64,000 nucleotides of DNA, taken from positions 5,408,001-5,472,000 of the forward strand of contig CBDBDQ010000005.1 in the NCBI GenBank assembly GCA_965203905.1, given 5' to 3'. This DNA is from Spirochaetia bacterium (GTDB lineage: Bacteria; Spirochaetota; Spirochaetia; SZUA-6; Bin103). Made by a program: the position numbers and the translations under genes. Within the stretch, counting starts at the first letter, position 1. The number at the start of each line of letters is the position of its first letter. Shown here piece after piece: positions 35,915 through 46,125 of this stretch. Under the pieces are notes generated by a model that had not been told where the DNA came from, ran no database searches, and was given only the letters and a program-made list of their open reading frames with translations.

Positions 35915-37339
35915 ATGATGGCTGGCGTATTCGCGCACACCCGTGCCGAACCGGCGCTAGTGGTGGCCGCCGCTGCGGTGGCGTATCTGCTGGCGGCCGC
36001 GCATGTCCTGCCCGCTACGGTGAGCGTGGGCGCGGCGCTGCTGCTGGCGGCGCCTGCACTGCTGACCGCCGCCGCTGCCGTGGCGGCGCCGGCGCGGTGG
36101 CGTGGGCGCTGGCTGCTGCTGGCGGCCGCCGCCGGCTGCGCACTGGCGGGCGGCCTGGAGTTGGGCACCCGCCTGTGGCACGCCGGCGGCGGGGCCGGGC
36201 TGCCGCTGGCCGTCGTGGACCAGCTGCACGGGGTGCTGGTCAGGGACGACCGCCCGCGGGGTGCCGCCGCCGGTTACCGCGTTGCGGTGGACCGGGTGGC
36301 GTCCACGCGCCTGGCGGCGCAGGCATCGGCCCGCTTTACCGCCGAACTCACGCTCTCCGTTGCCGGATCCGAACGCGGCTACCGCGGCCGCCGGGTAGTG
36401 GTGAGCGGCGTGACGCTGCATGGCCGGGCTCCGGGCCGCATCGCGGTCTCGGGCGGTGGCCAGCTCACCCTGGCTTCCTACGTGGGGCCGGTGGCCGCCG
36501 TTCGCGCCCGGGCCCGCGCCGCCGTCGAGCGGATGGTGCTGGACCAGGGAGGCCCCGGCGCCGCTCTGCTGCTCGCCCTGCTGCTGGGTGACCGCCATCA
36601 CCTGCGGGCGGAGGAAGTGGAGGCGTTTCGGCGTGCCGGCGCGCTCCACCTGCTGGCGCTGTCGGGACTCCACGTGGGGTTGGTGTATGCGCTGGCCGCC
36701 GCCCTGGGCCGCGGTCTCGGCACGGCCGGCATGCTGCTGGCGCCACGTTGGCAGCGCGGATGGCTGGCCCTGGCCGCGGCGGTCGGCGTGGGCGCGGTGT
36801 TCCTGTACGTGGAGCTGGCCGGCACCCGTCCCTCGCTGGCGCGGGCCACCGTGATGCTGGCGCTGGCGCGGCTGGCGGCCGGCGCGGGCCGTCCGACGCG
36901 CTCCCTCAACGTGCTCGCGCTGTCCGCCATCGTGGTGGTGGCGACCGATCCGCGGGCGGTGCAGGAGCTTTCGTTCCAGCTCTCCTATGCGGCCCTGTTC
37001 GGCATCCTGCAGCTCGGTCCATGGACCGCGCGGCGCCTTCCGGGGTGGCTGCCGCCTGCGCTGCGCTCGGCCGTGGGAATGGCGGTGGGGGCACAGGCGG
37101 CGACCCTGCCGCTGGTGCTCGCCGTGTTCGGCCGGGTGCATCCAATCGGCGTGGTGTCGGGTCTGGTGATGGTGCCGTACACGGCGCTGTTCCTGTGGAG
37201 CGGCATCGCCTGCCTGGCGCTGTCCGAGCTGAGCCGGGGCGCAATGCAGCCGCTCACCCACGACCTGCTGCACCTGTTGTATAGTGGGCTCACGATGCTC
37301 AACGATCTGTTCGGGCAGGTACCGGGTATCCGCTGGTGA
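35915..37339 (+). CDS. comEC: ComEC/Rec2 competence-domain protein (no C-terminal beta-lactamase domain)
   Basis: FRRAGALHLLALSGLHVG, PSLARA, SFQLSY. Confidence 0.8.
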   Translation: MMAGVFAHTRAEPALVVAAAAVAYLLAAAHVLPATVSVGAALLLAAPALLTAAAAVAAPARWRGRWLLLAAAAGCALAGGLELGTRLWHAGGGAGLPLAVVDQLHGVLVRDDRPRGAAAGYRVAVDRVASTRLAAQASARFTAELTLSVAGSERGYRGRRVVVSGVTLHGRAPGRIAVSGGGQLTLASYVGPVAAVRARARAAVERMVLDQGGPGAALLLALLLGDRHHLRAEEVEAFRRAGALHLLALSGLHVGLVYALAAALGRGLGTAGMLLAPRWQRGWLALAAAVGVGAVFLYVELAGTRPSLARATVMLALARLAAGAGRPTRSLNVLALSAIVVVATDPRAVQELSFQLSYAALFGILQLGPWTARRLPGWLPPALRSAVGMAVGAQAATLPLVLAVFGRVHPIGVVSGLVMVPYTALFLWSGIACLALSELSRGAMQPLTHDLLHLLYSGLTMLNDLFGQVPGIRW

Positions 37340-38232
37340 ACCACAACTCGCCGGCCGAGGTACGCGCCGCGCTGCGGCGCCTCGGCGTGGAGCCGAAGAA
37401 ACGCTGGGGCCAGAACTTCATGCTCAACCCACGCACCAGGAGCAAGCTGGTGACCACGCTGGGGCCGCGGGCCGGGGACACCGTGTGGGAGATAGGGCCC
37501 GGGCTCGGCGCCGTGACCGGCGAGTTGCTGCCGCGCTGTGCGCGACTGGTGCTGTTCGAGATCGACCATGGCCTGATCCGGCATCTGCAGAAGGAGCTGG
37601 CGGACCATGCTCACGTGGCAATCGTGCCGGGAGACTTTCTGCGTACCTGGCAGCAGGCCCGCGCCGAGCATGGTCGGCCGGATCGGATCATCGGCAACCT
37701 GCCCTACAGTTGCTCATCCGCGATCATCGCCGCGCTGGTGCAGCACGATGCCATTCCCGCGAACTGTGTGTTCACCGTCCAGCGCGAACTGGCCGAGCGG
37801 CTCGTGGCAACCCCGGGTACGCGCAACTACTCCTCGCTTTCGGTGCTGTGCCAGTGTCTCAGCAAGATCTCGGCGCATGGCGATCTGGCGCCGGGAACCT
37901 TTTATCCCGTGCCGGAGGTGACCTCGGCCGTCATCGAGCTGCGCCCCCGCACAGACAATCGCCGAGTGAGCAATCGCTCCGTGTTGTTCGCGCTGATCCG
38001 CGCGGCGTTCCAGACGCGGCGCAAGACCCTGCGCAACAATCTGCTGTCGCAGGGCGGCTTCGGGCTGAGCAAGGGAGAGCTTCTGGATGCGGTGGAAGCC
38101 GCCCGCGTGGATGCCGGCTGTCGGGCCGAGGAGCTGGCCCCCGCCACCGTCATCCGGCTGGCGAATGCGCTGGCCGCGGCAGGAGCGGTGGTGGAAGCCG
38201 TGGACCCGCTCGCCGAGGAAGCTCCAGACTGA
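37336..38232 (+). CDS. rsmA: 16S rRNA adenine dimethyltransferase
   Basis: KKRWGQNF, EIGPGLG, GNLPY, RRKTLRNNL. Confidence 0.95.
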   Translation: MNHNSPAEVRAALRRLGVEPKKRWGQNFMLNPRTRSKLVTTLGPRAGDTVWEIGPGLGAVTGELLPRCARLVLFEIDHGLIRHLQKELADHAHVAIVPGDFLRTWQQARAEHGRPDRIIGNLPYSCSSAIIAALVQHDAIPANCVFTVQRELAERLVATPGTRNYSSLSVLCQCLSKISAHGDLAPGTFYPVPEVTSAVIELRPRTDNRRVSNRSVLFALIRAAFQTRRKTLRNNLLSQGGFGLSKGELLDAVEAARVDAGCRAEELAPATVIRLANALAAAGAVVEAVDPLAEEAPD

Positions 38233-38286
38233 CGGGCCGGCGGATCGACGCGCTGGCGATCGGTCCGCTGGCCGTGACGTTGGGGG

Positions 38287-39165
38287 TCAGTCCAGGCCGT
38301 ACTCATCCAGCACGGTGCGCAGCTTCGCCTTGGCCGAATCGGTGAGGGGAGTCATCGGCAGGCGGTAGCTCTCTTCGAGCAGGCCGGCCAGGTGCATCGC
38401 GCCCTTGAGCGGGATGGGATTGGTGTCCAGGCCCATGAGGGCACTGATCACCGGCAGCAATTCGTAGTGGACGGCGCGTGCGCCCGCGGTATCGCCGGCC
38501 AGCATGCAGTCCACCAGCGCCACCATCCGCTCCGGCAGCAGGTTGCTGGTGACCGAGATCACGCCGTTGCCTCCCAGGGCCATCAGGGGCAGGGTGATTT
38601 CGTCGTCCCCGGACAGCACCGTGAATCCCTCCGGCCGCTGCCGGATCAGATCCATCATCTGCTTGAAGTCGCCGCTGGCCTCCTTGACCCCGACGATGTT
38701 GGGGTGCTCGGCCAGCGCCAGCATGGTCTCGTTGTCGATGTTCTTGCCGGTGCGTCCGGGGATGTTGTAGACGACGATGGGCAGATCCACGCTGTCGGCG
38801 ATGAGCTGGAAGTGACGCAGGAAGCCGCTGGGCGAAGGCTTGTTGTAGTAGCCGGCAACGTGCAGGCTGGCCTCGGCGCCTACCTCCTTGGCCAGCCTGG
38901 TGTGCTCCAGTGCCTCGACCGTGTTGTTGGAGCCGCAGCCGGCGATCACCGGCACCCGACCGGCGGCCTGCTCCACCACCAGCCGGATCACCTCGTGATG
39001 TTCGTCGTTGGTCAGCGTCGGACTCTCGCCGGTGGTGCCGACCGGAACCAGGCCGGTGATGCCGGCGGCGATCTGCCGCTCCACCAGCGCCTTCAGAGTG
39101 TCCCGGTCCAACTCACCCGACGCCGTGAACGGCGTCACCAATGCGGTAAAGGTTCCTTCGAACAT
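38287..39165 (-). CDS. dapA: 4-hydroxy-tetrahydrodipicolinate synthase
   Basis: GTTGES, YYNKP, YNIPGRT, GVKEASG, TNPIP. Confidence 0.95.
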   Translation of the reverse strand: MFEGTFTALVTPFTASGELDRDTLKALVERQIAAGITGLVPVGTTGESPTLTNDEHHEVIRLVVEQAAGRVPVIAGCGSNNTVEALEHTRLAKEVGAEASLHVAGYYNKPSPSGFLRHFQLIADSVDLPIVVYNIPGRTGKNIDNETMLALAEHPNIVGVKEASGDFKQMMDLIRQRPEGFTVLSGDDEITLPLMALGGNGVISVTSNLLPERMVALVDCMLAGDTAGARAVHYELLPVISALMGLDTNPIPLKGAMHLAGLLEESYRLPMTPLTDSAKAKLRTVLDEYGLD

Positions 39166-39260
39166 AGTCTGCCTCCTCGGCGCGAAACCGGTTGTCGCCT
39201 GCGGGTACCCAGCCTAATCCGGGGACGGCTCGGCGGCAACCCGGCGCGCTCTTCAGCTCT

Positions 39261-40016
39261 TCAGCCCACCATTTCGTTGATCAGGTCGTCGATGTCGTAG
39301 ATGCCGGTCTTGCGCGGCTCGGCCGTGAGCCAGGCGGCGCCGCGCAACGCCCCGGCAGCCAGCGCGGCCCGCCCGCGCGCCCGGTGGGTCAGCTCGATGG
39401 TGTCGTCGAGGGAATCGAACACCAGCGTATGGGTGCCGGGGTCTTCGCCGCCGCGCACCGCGGCCACGTGCAGCTCGTCGGCGTCGATCTGGCGGTCCAG
39501 GCGTTCGGTCGCCACCCGCGCCTTGCGCGAGCTGGAGCCCAGCACCGCCTGCGCCAGGCTGAGGGCGGTGCCGGACGGCGAGTCCGCCTTACGCCGGTGG
39601 TGGCGCTCGAAGATGGCCAGGTCGTAGTCGTCGAACGGGTCCAGGAGGGCCGTGGCGTGCGCCGCCAGGCGCATGAACAGTTGCACCCCCAGGGAGAAGT
39701 TGGTGGCGTGCAGGTAGCCGCTGGAGCCGCCGGCGACGATGGCGCTCACCTGGTCCAGCCGCTCGCCCCAGCCGGTGGTGCCGACCACGGCGCTGAGACC
39801 GAACTCGACGTAGCGGCGGGCATTCTCGACCACGCCCTCGGCGCTGCTGAATTCGATGGCGACGTCGGCGCCGGCAGCGACGTCGGCGCTCAGCTCGGTG
39901 GCGTCGGCGTCCTCCGCGACCGGGTCGATGCGCGCCGTTACCTCGTGCCCGGCGGCCAGCGCCGCGTGGCAGGCCTCGCGGCCCATGCGGCCGTAACCGA
40001 CTATGGCGATCCTCAT
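39261..40016 (-). CDS. dapB: 4-hydroxy-tetrahydrodipicolinate reductase
   Basis: GYGRMG, VVGTTG, NFSLG, ERHHRRKADSPSGTA. Confidence 0.95.
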   Translation of the reverse strand: MRIAIVGYGRMGREACHAALAAGHEVTARIDPVAEDADATELSADVAAGADVAIEFSSAEGVVENARRYVEFGLSAVVGTTGWGERLDQVSAIVAGGSSGYLHATNFSLGVQLFMRLAAHATALLDPFDDYDLAIFERHHRRKADSPSGTALSLAQAVLGSSSRKARVATERLDRQIDADELHVAAVRGGEDPGTHTLVFDSLDDTIELTHRARGRAALAAGALRGAAWLTAEPRKTGIYDIDDLINEMVG

Positions 40017-40147
40017 GGCCGCCATCATACCCGGCCGCGGCGCTCCGGCCAAGGAAGCGTCATGCCGCCCGGGACGGCGGTGGAGCGGCGCCCAGCGGCG
40101 CCCGGCGCGTCTTGCGGGGGGCGGGACGCGTCCTTATGATGCGGGCC

Positions 40148-40906
40148 GTGCAGGTGGGCATCTACGGCCTGGGGCGCTTCGGCGTGTTCTGGGCCGGGCA
40201 GTTGGCTCGTCACTTCACCGTATACGCGTACTCGCGCCGCCTCCATCGGCCCCCGGTCGGCGTCCGCATGGTGTCGGAACGCCGTGTCTTGCGCTGTCCG
40301 GTGGTGATTCTGTGCGTCGCCATTTCCGCGCTGGAGGAGGTGGTCGACCGCATCGCCCCGCATCTCGGGCCGCACACCCTGGTCATGGACACCTGCTCCA
40401 TCAAGGGCTTCGCCGCGCGGGTGATGGAGCGCCGGCTGCAACCTCCGGTGCAGATTCTCGCCACCCATCCGATGTTCGGCCCCGACTCGGCACGCAACGG
40501 GATCGCCGGCCAGCCGATGATCCTCTGTCCGGTGCGCATCTCCGGCGCGCTGTTGCGCGAGTGGCAGACGCGCTTTGCGGCCATGGGACTGCGGGTGGTG
40601 ATGATGACGGCGGAGCAGCACGACCGCGAAGCGGCGTTCACCCAGGGCATCACCCATTACCTGGGGCGGGTGCTGGCGGAGATGGGCCTGGGCGAGTCCA
40701 CCATCTCCACCGTCGGCTACCGCAAGCTGCGCGAGATCATGGAGCAGACCTGCAACGACTCGCTGCAGCTGTTCCTCGACCTGCAGCGCTACAACCCGTT
40801 CACCGCCGAGATGAGGGCGCGGCTGGAGGACGCCCTGAGCGCGGTACGCTCCCAGCTCGACACCCCGCCCGACCACCGGTCTCCCCACCATCGTTCATCG
40901 CGTTGA
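40148..40906 (+). CDS. tyrA: Prephenate/arogenate dehydrogenase
   Basis: GLGRFG, DTCSIK, THPMFGP, EQHDR..A.TQ..TH; start either GTG 40148 or ATG 40136/40139. Confidence 0.8.
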   Translation: MQVGIYGLGRFGVFWAGQLARHFTVYAYSRRLHRPPVGVRMVSERRVLRCPVVILCVAISALEEVVDRIAPHLGPHTLVMDTCSIKGFAARVMERRLQPPVQILATHPMFGPDSARNGIAGQPMILCPVRISGALLREWQTRFAAMGLRVVMMTAEQHDREAAFTQGITHYLGRVLAEMGLGESTISTVGYRKLREIMEQTCNDSLQLFLDLQRYNPFTAEMRARLEDALSAVRSQLDTPPDHRSPHHRSSR

Positions 40907-40911
40907 GCGGG

Positions 40912-40941
40912 TTTACACGGCCACCGCCCCGTATCTACATT
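40912..40941 (+). promoter_or_regulatory. Probable promoter of tRNA-Lys
   Basis: TTTACA, 18 nt spacer, TACATT, just upstream of the tRNA. Confidence 0.55.
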
Positions 40942-40953
40942 TGCACCCCATCC

Positions 40954-41026
40954 GGGCCGCTAGCTCAGTAGGTAGAGCAACAGCCTTTTAAGCTGTGGGT
41001 CGACGGTTCGAATCCGTCGCGGCTCA
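40954..41026 (+). tRNA. tRNA-Lys (TTT)
   Basis: GGGCCGC/GCGGCTC acceptor, D-arm TAGCTCAGTAGGTAGAGC, ACAGC-CT-TTT-AA-GCTGT, GGTTCGAATCC; CCA not encoded. Confidence 0.95.
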
Positions 41027-42200
41027 TTCCGGCACGTGCTCGTAGATGCTCCGCATCTGCCAGCAGTCGAGAGACAGGACCACGGATTCCTGGCCTCGAG
41101 AGGTGAGCGACACCCCGGTGCTGTCGCGGCGGCCCGGGTACACTCTGACCGCGACGCACTGTCTCCCGTTCACGAACACCTCGACCACGCTGCGGTCGAC
41201 GAAGATGCGCAGCTGCACCGGTGCGCCCGGCTCGATGAGCACCGGCGCCGACTCGGGCGGCCGCGCCAGCGCGTCGGGGAGCGTCGAGGAAAACGAGTTG
41301 TCGACGGTGATCACGCTCTCGTAGCGCGCCGCCGTCGACAGGGCGGTGGACAGCACCAGGTTGGAACGAACGTCGTCCGGAAACGGCTCCCGGTATTTCA
41401 TCCCCCTCCGGTGGTAGAGACAGATGCGCGTGTACTCCTCCCGGTCGGGTGAGCGCAGCACGTCGACTTCGAACAGCGACGAGTGCCGCGGATCGACCTC
41501 GATGTTCAGCTCGATGGCGTCGCCCTCGATGCCGTCGAGCACCATCTCCCGATCCGGGGCGACCACGGTACAACCGATGTGGCGGTGGTCGTAGCGCAGC
41601 GCTTTGATGTCGCCGGCCGGCTCGATGTCGACCTCGTAGCGGTCGCGGAGGCTCAGACGCCGCGGCAGGGTCAGAATCTGGTCCCAGTCGCGGGCGAACT
41701 GCGAGCCGTCTCCCTGCTCGTGCCAGCCCTCGCGGCCGCCGAAGAATTCGGCGAGGTAGTTGTCCATCCGCCGGGTGGGCCTGGCGGGATTCATGTTGAG
41801 CATGACGATGACGCCGCCCTCGCCATCGGGGTAGGCCGTGGGCGCGTGCACGCCACCCGGAAACACCGGTCCGAAGGTGAGCAGGCCGTGGGCGTCTACG
41901 ACGAGCTTGTCGCGCTCGGTGTCGTAGTCGCCGACGAGGTACTGGCCACCGCTCAGGTGACTGAAGAACACCAGGATGTGGCGGAGCGAGCCGTCGCCTG
42001 CATTACCGATGGGCCAGAAGTAGGGGCAGGCACCGTCGTCGCCCAGCCGAGTGAACCGATCGCCCTCCACGAAGGGGTGCAGGTACTCCCAGTGCTCGAG
42101 GTCGTCCGAGCGGAACAGGAAGTTGGTGGCGAAGTGGTGGCCCTTGGGGCGGAACGGGACGATCCCCTGCGAGAGGGCGTAGTACGCGCCGTCTTTCTGC
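41024..42200 (-). pseudogene. 5'-truncated GH32-family glycoside hydrolase
   Basis: C-terminal LRIFVDRSVVEVFVNG..RVYP and LTLPRRL are present; the N-terminal NDPNG/RDP blades are absent; similarity begins at about QKDGAYYAL. Confidence 0.7.
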
Positions 42201-42349
42201 CCTAGTATCCCATGCCGCCCGACGTGCGGACAAAGGCAGCCGCCACATTCGCGTATCCACTTCCTACCGCAGTGGTGGGTGGCGGAGGGCTGCGATAGAC
42301 AGCTACGGTGAATGTGTGTAGGTTCGGTGTGTAATTCGGAGGCGACTTG

Positions 42350-42589
42350 ATGGTGCGCACACAAATAATTCTCAGGGAACAGCAGCGGCGGGCCATCGAT
42401 CTACTGGCGAAGGAGCGCGCCTGCAGTATCTCGGCCGTCGTACGTGACATGATTGACTCCCAGCTTCGTGCAATGCGCGGAGAGCAACTCAGGAAGGCGG
42501 CAGAAAGACTACGTTTCGATTACCTGCACGATCCCGAGCTCACCGCGTTCTCCGTGATCGATGCTGAGACATTCGATGAAGCGAGGTGA
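42350..42589 (+). CDS. Ribbon-helix-helix antitoxin
   Basis: MVRTQIIL...LAKERACSISAVVRDMID; GGAGG ribosome-binding site; overlaps the toxin gene. Confidence 0.8.
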   Translation: MVRTQIILREQQRRAIDLLAKERACSISAVVRDMIDSQLRAMRGEQLRKAAERLRFDYLHDPELTAFSVIDAETFDEAR

Positions 42590-42914
42590 GATCTGGCGCA
42601 TCAATCTGGATCCCACCGTCGGAGCTGAGATTCGCAAGACGAGGCCCGCGTTGCTTGTGAGCGCCGATGAAGCCGGCGCATTGCCGCTTCGCGTGATCGT
42701 TCCGATCACCGGCTGGAAGAAGCATTATGCCGAGGCGGCGTGGCTCGTTCGACTTGATCCGACTGACACCAACGGGCTCCAGAGACCCTCAGCCGCGGAT
42801 GCCTTCCAGCTCAAGAGCGTATCTGTGGAACGGTTCGTCGAACGGGTGGGTAAGGTCTCTTTCGCCCAGATGGGACACGTTGAAGGAGCCGTACGGCTGG
42901 TGCTCGGGCTCTGA
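42576..42914 (+). CDS. PemK/MazF family toxin
   Basis: MKRGEIWRINLDPTVGAEIRKTRPALLVS, IVPIT. Confidence 0.9.
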   Translation: MKRGEIWRINLDPTVGAEIRKTRPALLVSADEAGALPLRVIVPITGWKKHYAEAAWLVRLDPTDTNGLQRPSAADAFQLKSVSVERFVERVGKVSFAQMGHVEGAVRLVLGL

Positions 42915-42989
42915 GGCCGACAGATATGGCGCCGCCCGAGACCCGCCAAGGGGTCCGCCGCCCTCCCTACGGCTGACCCGGCCCGGTGC

Positions 42990-43023
42990 GTTGCATTTCG
43001 CAACGCCCGTGGCAAACTGCGAC
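42990..43023 (+). promoter_or_regulatory. Tandem palindromic UAS (putative enhancer-binding-protein site)
   Basis: GTTGCATTTCGCAAC-4nt-GTGGCAAACTGCGAC; conserved at 56872-56904. Confidence 0.6.
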
Positions 43024-43193
43024 TGGATTCCAGAATCCGTTGCAAGCCAATCACTTACGTCCGGACCCATGGTTCGGCTGTTGCACTCTGCGGCAGTCGA
43101 GACATCGTGGCCAACCCGCGCGGGGTTCCGCCCCGATCCAATAACTGTTCAGCTCAAAGATAATTACGCTATGCCGGAGCAGCCCCGTGGAGC

Positions 43194-43210
43194 CTGGCAC
43201 GGTTGTTGCT
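43194..43210 (+). promoter_or_regulatory. Sigma54 -24/-12 promoter
   Basis: CTGGCACGGTTGTTGCT matches TGGCAC-N5-TTGC. Confidence 0.8.
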
Positions 43211-43244
43211 GAGAATGGGGAGTAACGCTGGGGAGGGAAACTCG

Positions 43245-44870
43245 ATGATCACGATCGTGGGCGGCCTTGCAGGCGGCTTCGGACTGTTCTTCATGGGCAT
43301 GAGGCTTCTTTCGGAGCACCTCATGCTGTTGAGCAATCGGCGCCTGCGGATGAGCGCCGCCCGCTGGACCCGAAATCGTTGGACCGGGCTCGGGTGGGGC
43401 ACGATTGCCGGCGCCGCCACGCAGACCATGCCCGCGCTGACGTTCATCCTGGTAGGCATGTTGAGGTCGGGACTCCTGTCCGTACGCCGGGCGCTCCCCA
43501 TTCTCCTCGGCGGAAACCTCGGAGTCACGCTGCTGCTGCTGGTGGTGATGCTCGACATCAAGCTGGCGGTGCTGTACGTGCTGGGGGTTTCGCAGGTCAT
43601 GGCCATGATCGCATCGCATCGGGCGATCAGGTATCGGACCATGGCCGCGGCACTGTTCGGCATGGGCATGATGATTCTCGGCTTTCTCCTGCTCAAGGAG
43701 TCGGTCGCGCCGCTGGCAGACTATCCCTGGTTCACGGACACCGTGGAGTGGGCGGGCGGCTCGCTGTTCCTGTGCCTGGCCGCCGGCCTGGTCCTGTGCG
43801 TCATCGTGCAGTCGTGCAGCGTGGTCACGATTTCCGGGATGAGCATGGCCATCGTCGGCATCTTCGATGTCGAGCAGGTCATGATGCTCCACTTCGGTGC
43901 CTGCTTCGGGTCGAGCCTGGTCCTGTTCCTGATGTCGGCAAACCTTACCGGCCGATCCCGTCAGGTGGCCATGTACCAGGTGCTGTACAACTGCCTCTAC
44001 AGCGCCATGTTCATACCGCTGGTCTATCTGGAAGGGCGTTTCGACGTGGCACTGGTCGGCGCCGCGACCGGCGTCATCGATCTCCCCCTGGAGCAGCTCC
44101 TCGGGGCATTCTTCATCGTTGCTACCCTCATCAGCAGTCTGCTGCTGATGACGTTGCTGGGGCCGGCCGCGCGGCTGCTCGACAAACTGTGGCCGACCAC
44201 GGAAGCGGAACGGCTGTCGACACCGTGGTTCGTCCACGACGGCCACCTGCAGGACGCCGCCAGCTCGTTGCGGCTCGCCGACCGCGAACAGCGGCGTCTG
44301 CTGGAGATATTGTCACGCTGTCTCGACAGCGTCCGGCAGGGCACCGAGATGGGTTCGTTGCGCGAGGCGGCGGGGACGGTGCTGACCCGTATCGAGGAGT
44401 TCCTGGACGATCTGGGACAACATTACCCGGATCAGCGTGTCGATGACCACGTTTCGATGCTGACCCGCCAGCGGCTGCTGTTCTGGCTCGATGAACGGGT
44501 GCTGGAGCTATGCGACGAGTTGCATTCCATGCCCGGGCACGCGGAGCTGGAGGATTGGCGCTCTGGCTTGGTGGAGGGCATCGACGCCGTGCTGCTGGTG
44601 CTGCAGGACATGCTGAGTTCGAGCGACGAAGCCTCCTGGCCGCTTGCCATGCAGTTGATGGAAGGTCGCGGCGAGCTGATGCGCAAGATGCGCAGCACCT
44701 ACCTGGGAGACGAATCCATCCTGAGCAGTGCACAGCGCTCCAGTGTGCTGCGAGTCACCAGCATTACCGAGCACATCTTCCTGCTTCTGTCGCGACTGGC
44801 GCACGAGTATCATCCCTCGACCGACGATGCCGCCTTGCAGAGCAGCGAAAGCGAATTGCAGGTGGTGTAG
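43245..44870 (+). CDS. Na/Pi cotransporter (NptA/YjbB-like) family protein, paralog 1
   Basis: GGLAGGFGLFFMGM, GGNLG, multiple TM helices, soluble helical PhoU-like C-terminus. Confidence 0.8.
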   Translation: MITIVGGLAGGFGLFFMGMRLLSEHLMLLSNRRLRMSAARWTRNRWTGLGWGTIAGAATQTMPALTFILVGMLRSGLLSVRRALPILLGGNLGVTLLLLVVMLDIKLAVLYVLGVSQVMAMIASHRAIRYRTMAAALFGMGMMILGFLLLKESVAPLADYPWFTDTVEWAGGSLFLCLAAGLVLCVIVQSCSVVTISGMSMAIVGIFDVEQVMMLHFGACFGSSLVLFLMSANLTGRSRQVAMYQVLYNCLYSAMFIPLVYLEGRFDVALVGAATGVIDLPLEQLLGAFFIVATLISSLLLMTLLGPAARLLDKLWPTTEAERLSTPWFVHDGHLQDAASSLRLADREQRRLLEILSRCLDSVRQGTEMGSLREAAGTVLTRIEEFLDDLGQHYPDQRVDDHVSMLTRQRLLFWLDERVLELCDELHSMPGHAELEDWRSGLVEGIDAVLLVLQDMLSSSDEASWPLAMQLMEGRGELMRKMRSTYLGDESILSSAQRSSVLRVTSITEHIFLLLSRLAHEYHPSTDDAALQSSESELQVV

Positions 44871-44901
44871 CACTACTCGAACCGCGTGCGCTGCGTCGGC
44901 T

Positions 44902-45939
44902 TCAGGCCAGCTCGATCCTGCTGCCCTCCGAACGCAGCGCCGCCTCGTAGACCCGCATCAGCTTGAGCGTGAATTCCAGCGAGCCCTGTTGCGCCGGCCG
45001 GGCCGCCAGGACGCAATCGCAGAAGTAGCGCATCTCGTTGTAGAAGCCCTGGGTGAACAGGGCCTTGTTCTCCAGGGTGGCCAGGGTATTCTGCGGCTCC
45101 CACACCACCGCCCCGGAGTCCAGGCCCTCGGGAACGAAGCTGGTGGTGCGGCCGTAGGCGAACGGAATGCCGCGCCGCACCGTGACCCGGGAGCCGTTCT
45201 CGATGCTGACGTGCCACTTTCCCCAGAACGAGTAGCGCTCCAGCGGCAGCGTCGATGCCGACACCAGGCTGAAGGTGCCTACCGCACCGCTGGCGAACTC
45301 CAGCACGCAGGCACCTACCCTTGACGCCGTGCCGTGCATCGTCACCGCCGCGACGTCGCCGCCCACCGCCAGCATCAGGGCCATGGGGTGACAGGCATCC
45401 CCGAACGTGTTGCGCAGCCCCGGATCGTCCAGCACCGCCGCGCCGTGCTCGGGCAGCCGCAGCCGGTACTCCGCCGTCATGCCTTGCAGCGGACCACCCT
45501 CGTCGCTGGACATGATCTCGATCACCTTGCGCGTGGCCGGCAGGAACGCCTTCTTCAGTCCCACCACCACCACGCGTTCACCGCGATGCCGGAGCATGAT
45601 CTCCACCTCGGAGGCGTTGACCGCGGCCGGCTTCTCCATCCAGACGTGCAGGCCGGCGTCGAGCGCCTCGCAGGCGAGCTCGGGATGCCGCCGCGCCGAG
45701 ACGCACAGGAAAACAGCGTCCAGCTCCTCGTTGCGATACATCTCGGCGCTGCTGGCGTAGCAGGCTTGCACGCCGTACTCGGCGCCGGTCCGCCGCGCCA
45801 GTTCCAGGTCCAGGTCGCACAGCGCCGTGAGCCGCACCGGCAGGAAGTGCAGCGTGGGCAGAATGTTGCGGTAGCTGTGCGAGCCCACCCCTACCACGGC
45901 GACGTTCAACCGCCGCTCGAACTCACGCTGATAGCTCAT
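44902..45939 (-). CDS. Gfo/Idh/MocA family oxidoreductase
   Basis: [17 protein letters not shown]. Confidence 0.85.
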   Translation of the reverse strand: MSYQREFERRLNVAVVGVGSHSYRNILPTLHFLPVRLTALCDLDLELARRTGAEYGVQACYASSAEMYRNEELDAVFLCVSARRHPELACEALDAGLHVWMEKPAAVNASEVEIMLRHRGERVVVVGLKKAFLPATRKVIEIMSSDEGGPLQGMTAEYRLRLPEHGAAVLDDPGLRNTFGDACHPMALMLAVGGDVAAVTMHGTASRVGACVLEFASGAVGTFSLVSASTLPLERYSFWGKWHVSIENGSRVTVRRGIPFAYGRTTSFVPEGLDSGAVVWEPQNTLATLENKALFTQGFYNEMRYFCDCVLAARPAQQGSLEFTLKLMRVYEAALRSEGSRIELA

Positions 45940-46125
45940 CGGTACCCCCGCCGATCTCGCGGCGCATGCAGGTTGGTACCCTGGATCGCACGCCGCACGC
46001 AACCAAGTCGCGGGGATTGGCCGGCGCCATGGCGGACTGAGACGATTGGGATCGATTGGGAAGCGCATCGTTGGCGGGGGAGGGGACGGTGAGTCATAAT
46101 GCGCATCCGCAGAAAAGGAGACGTG

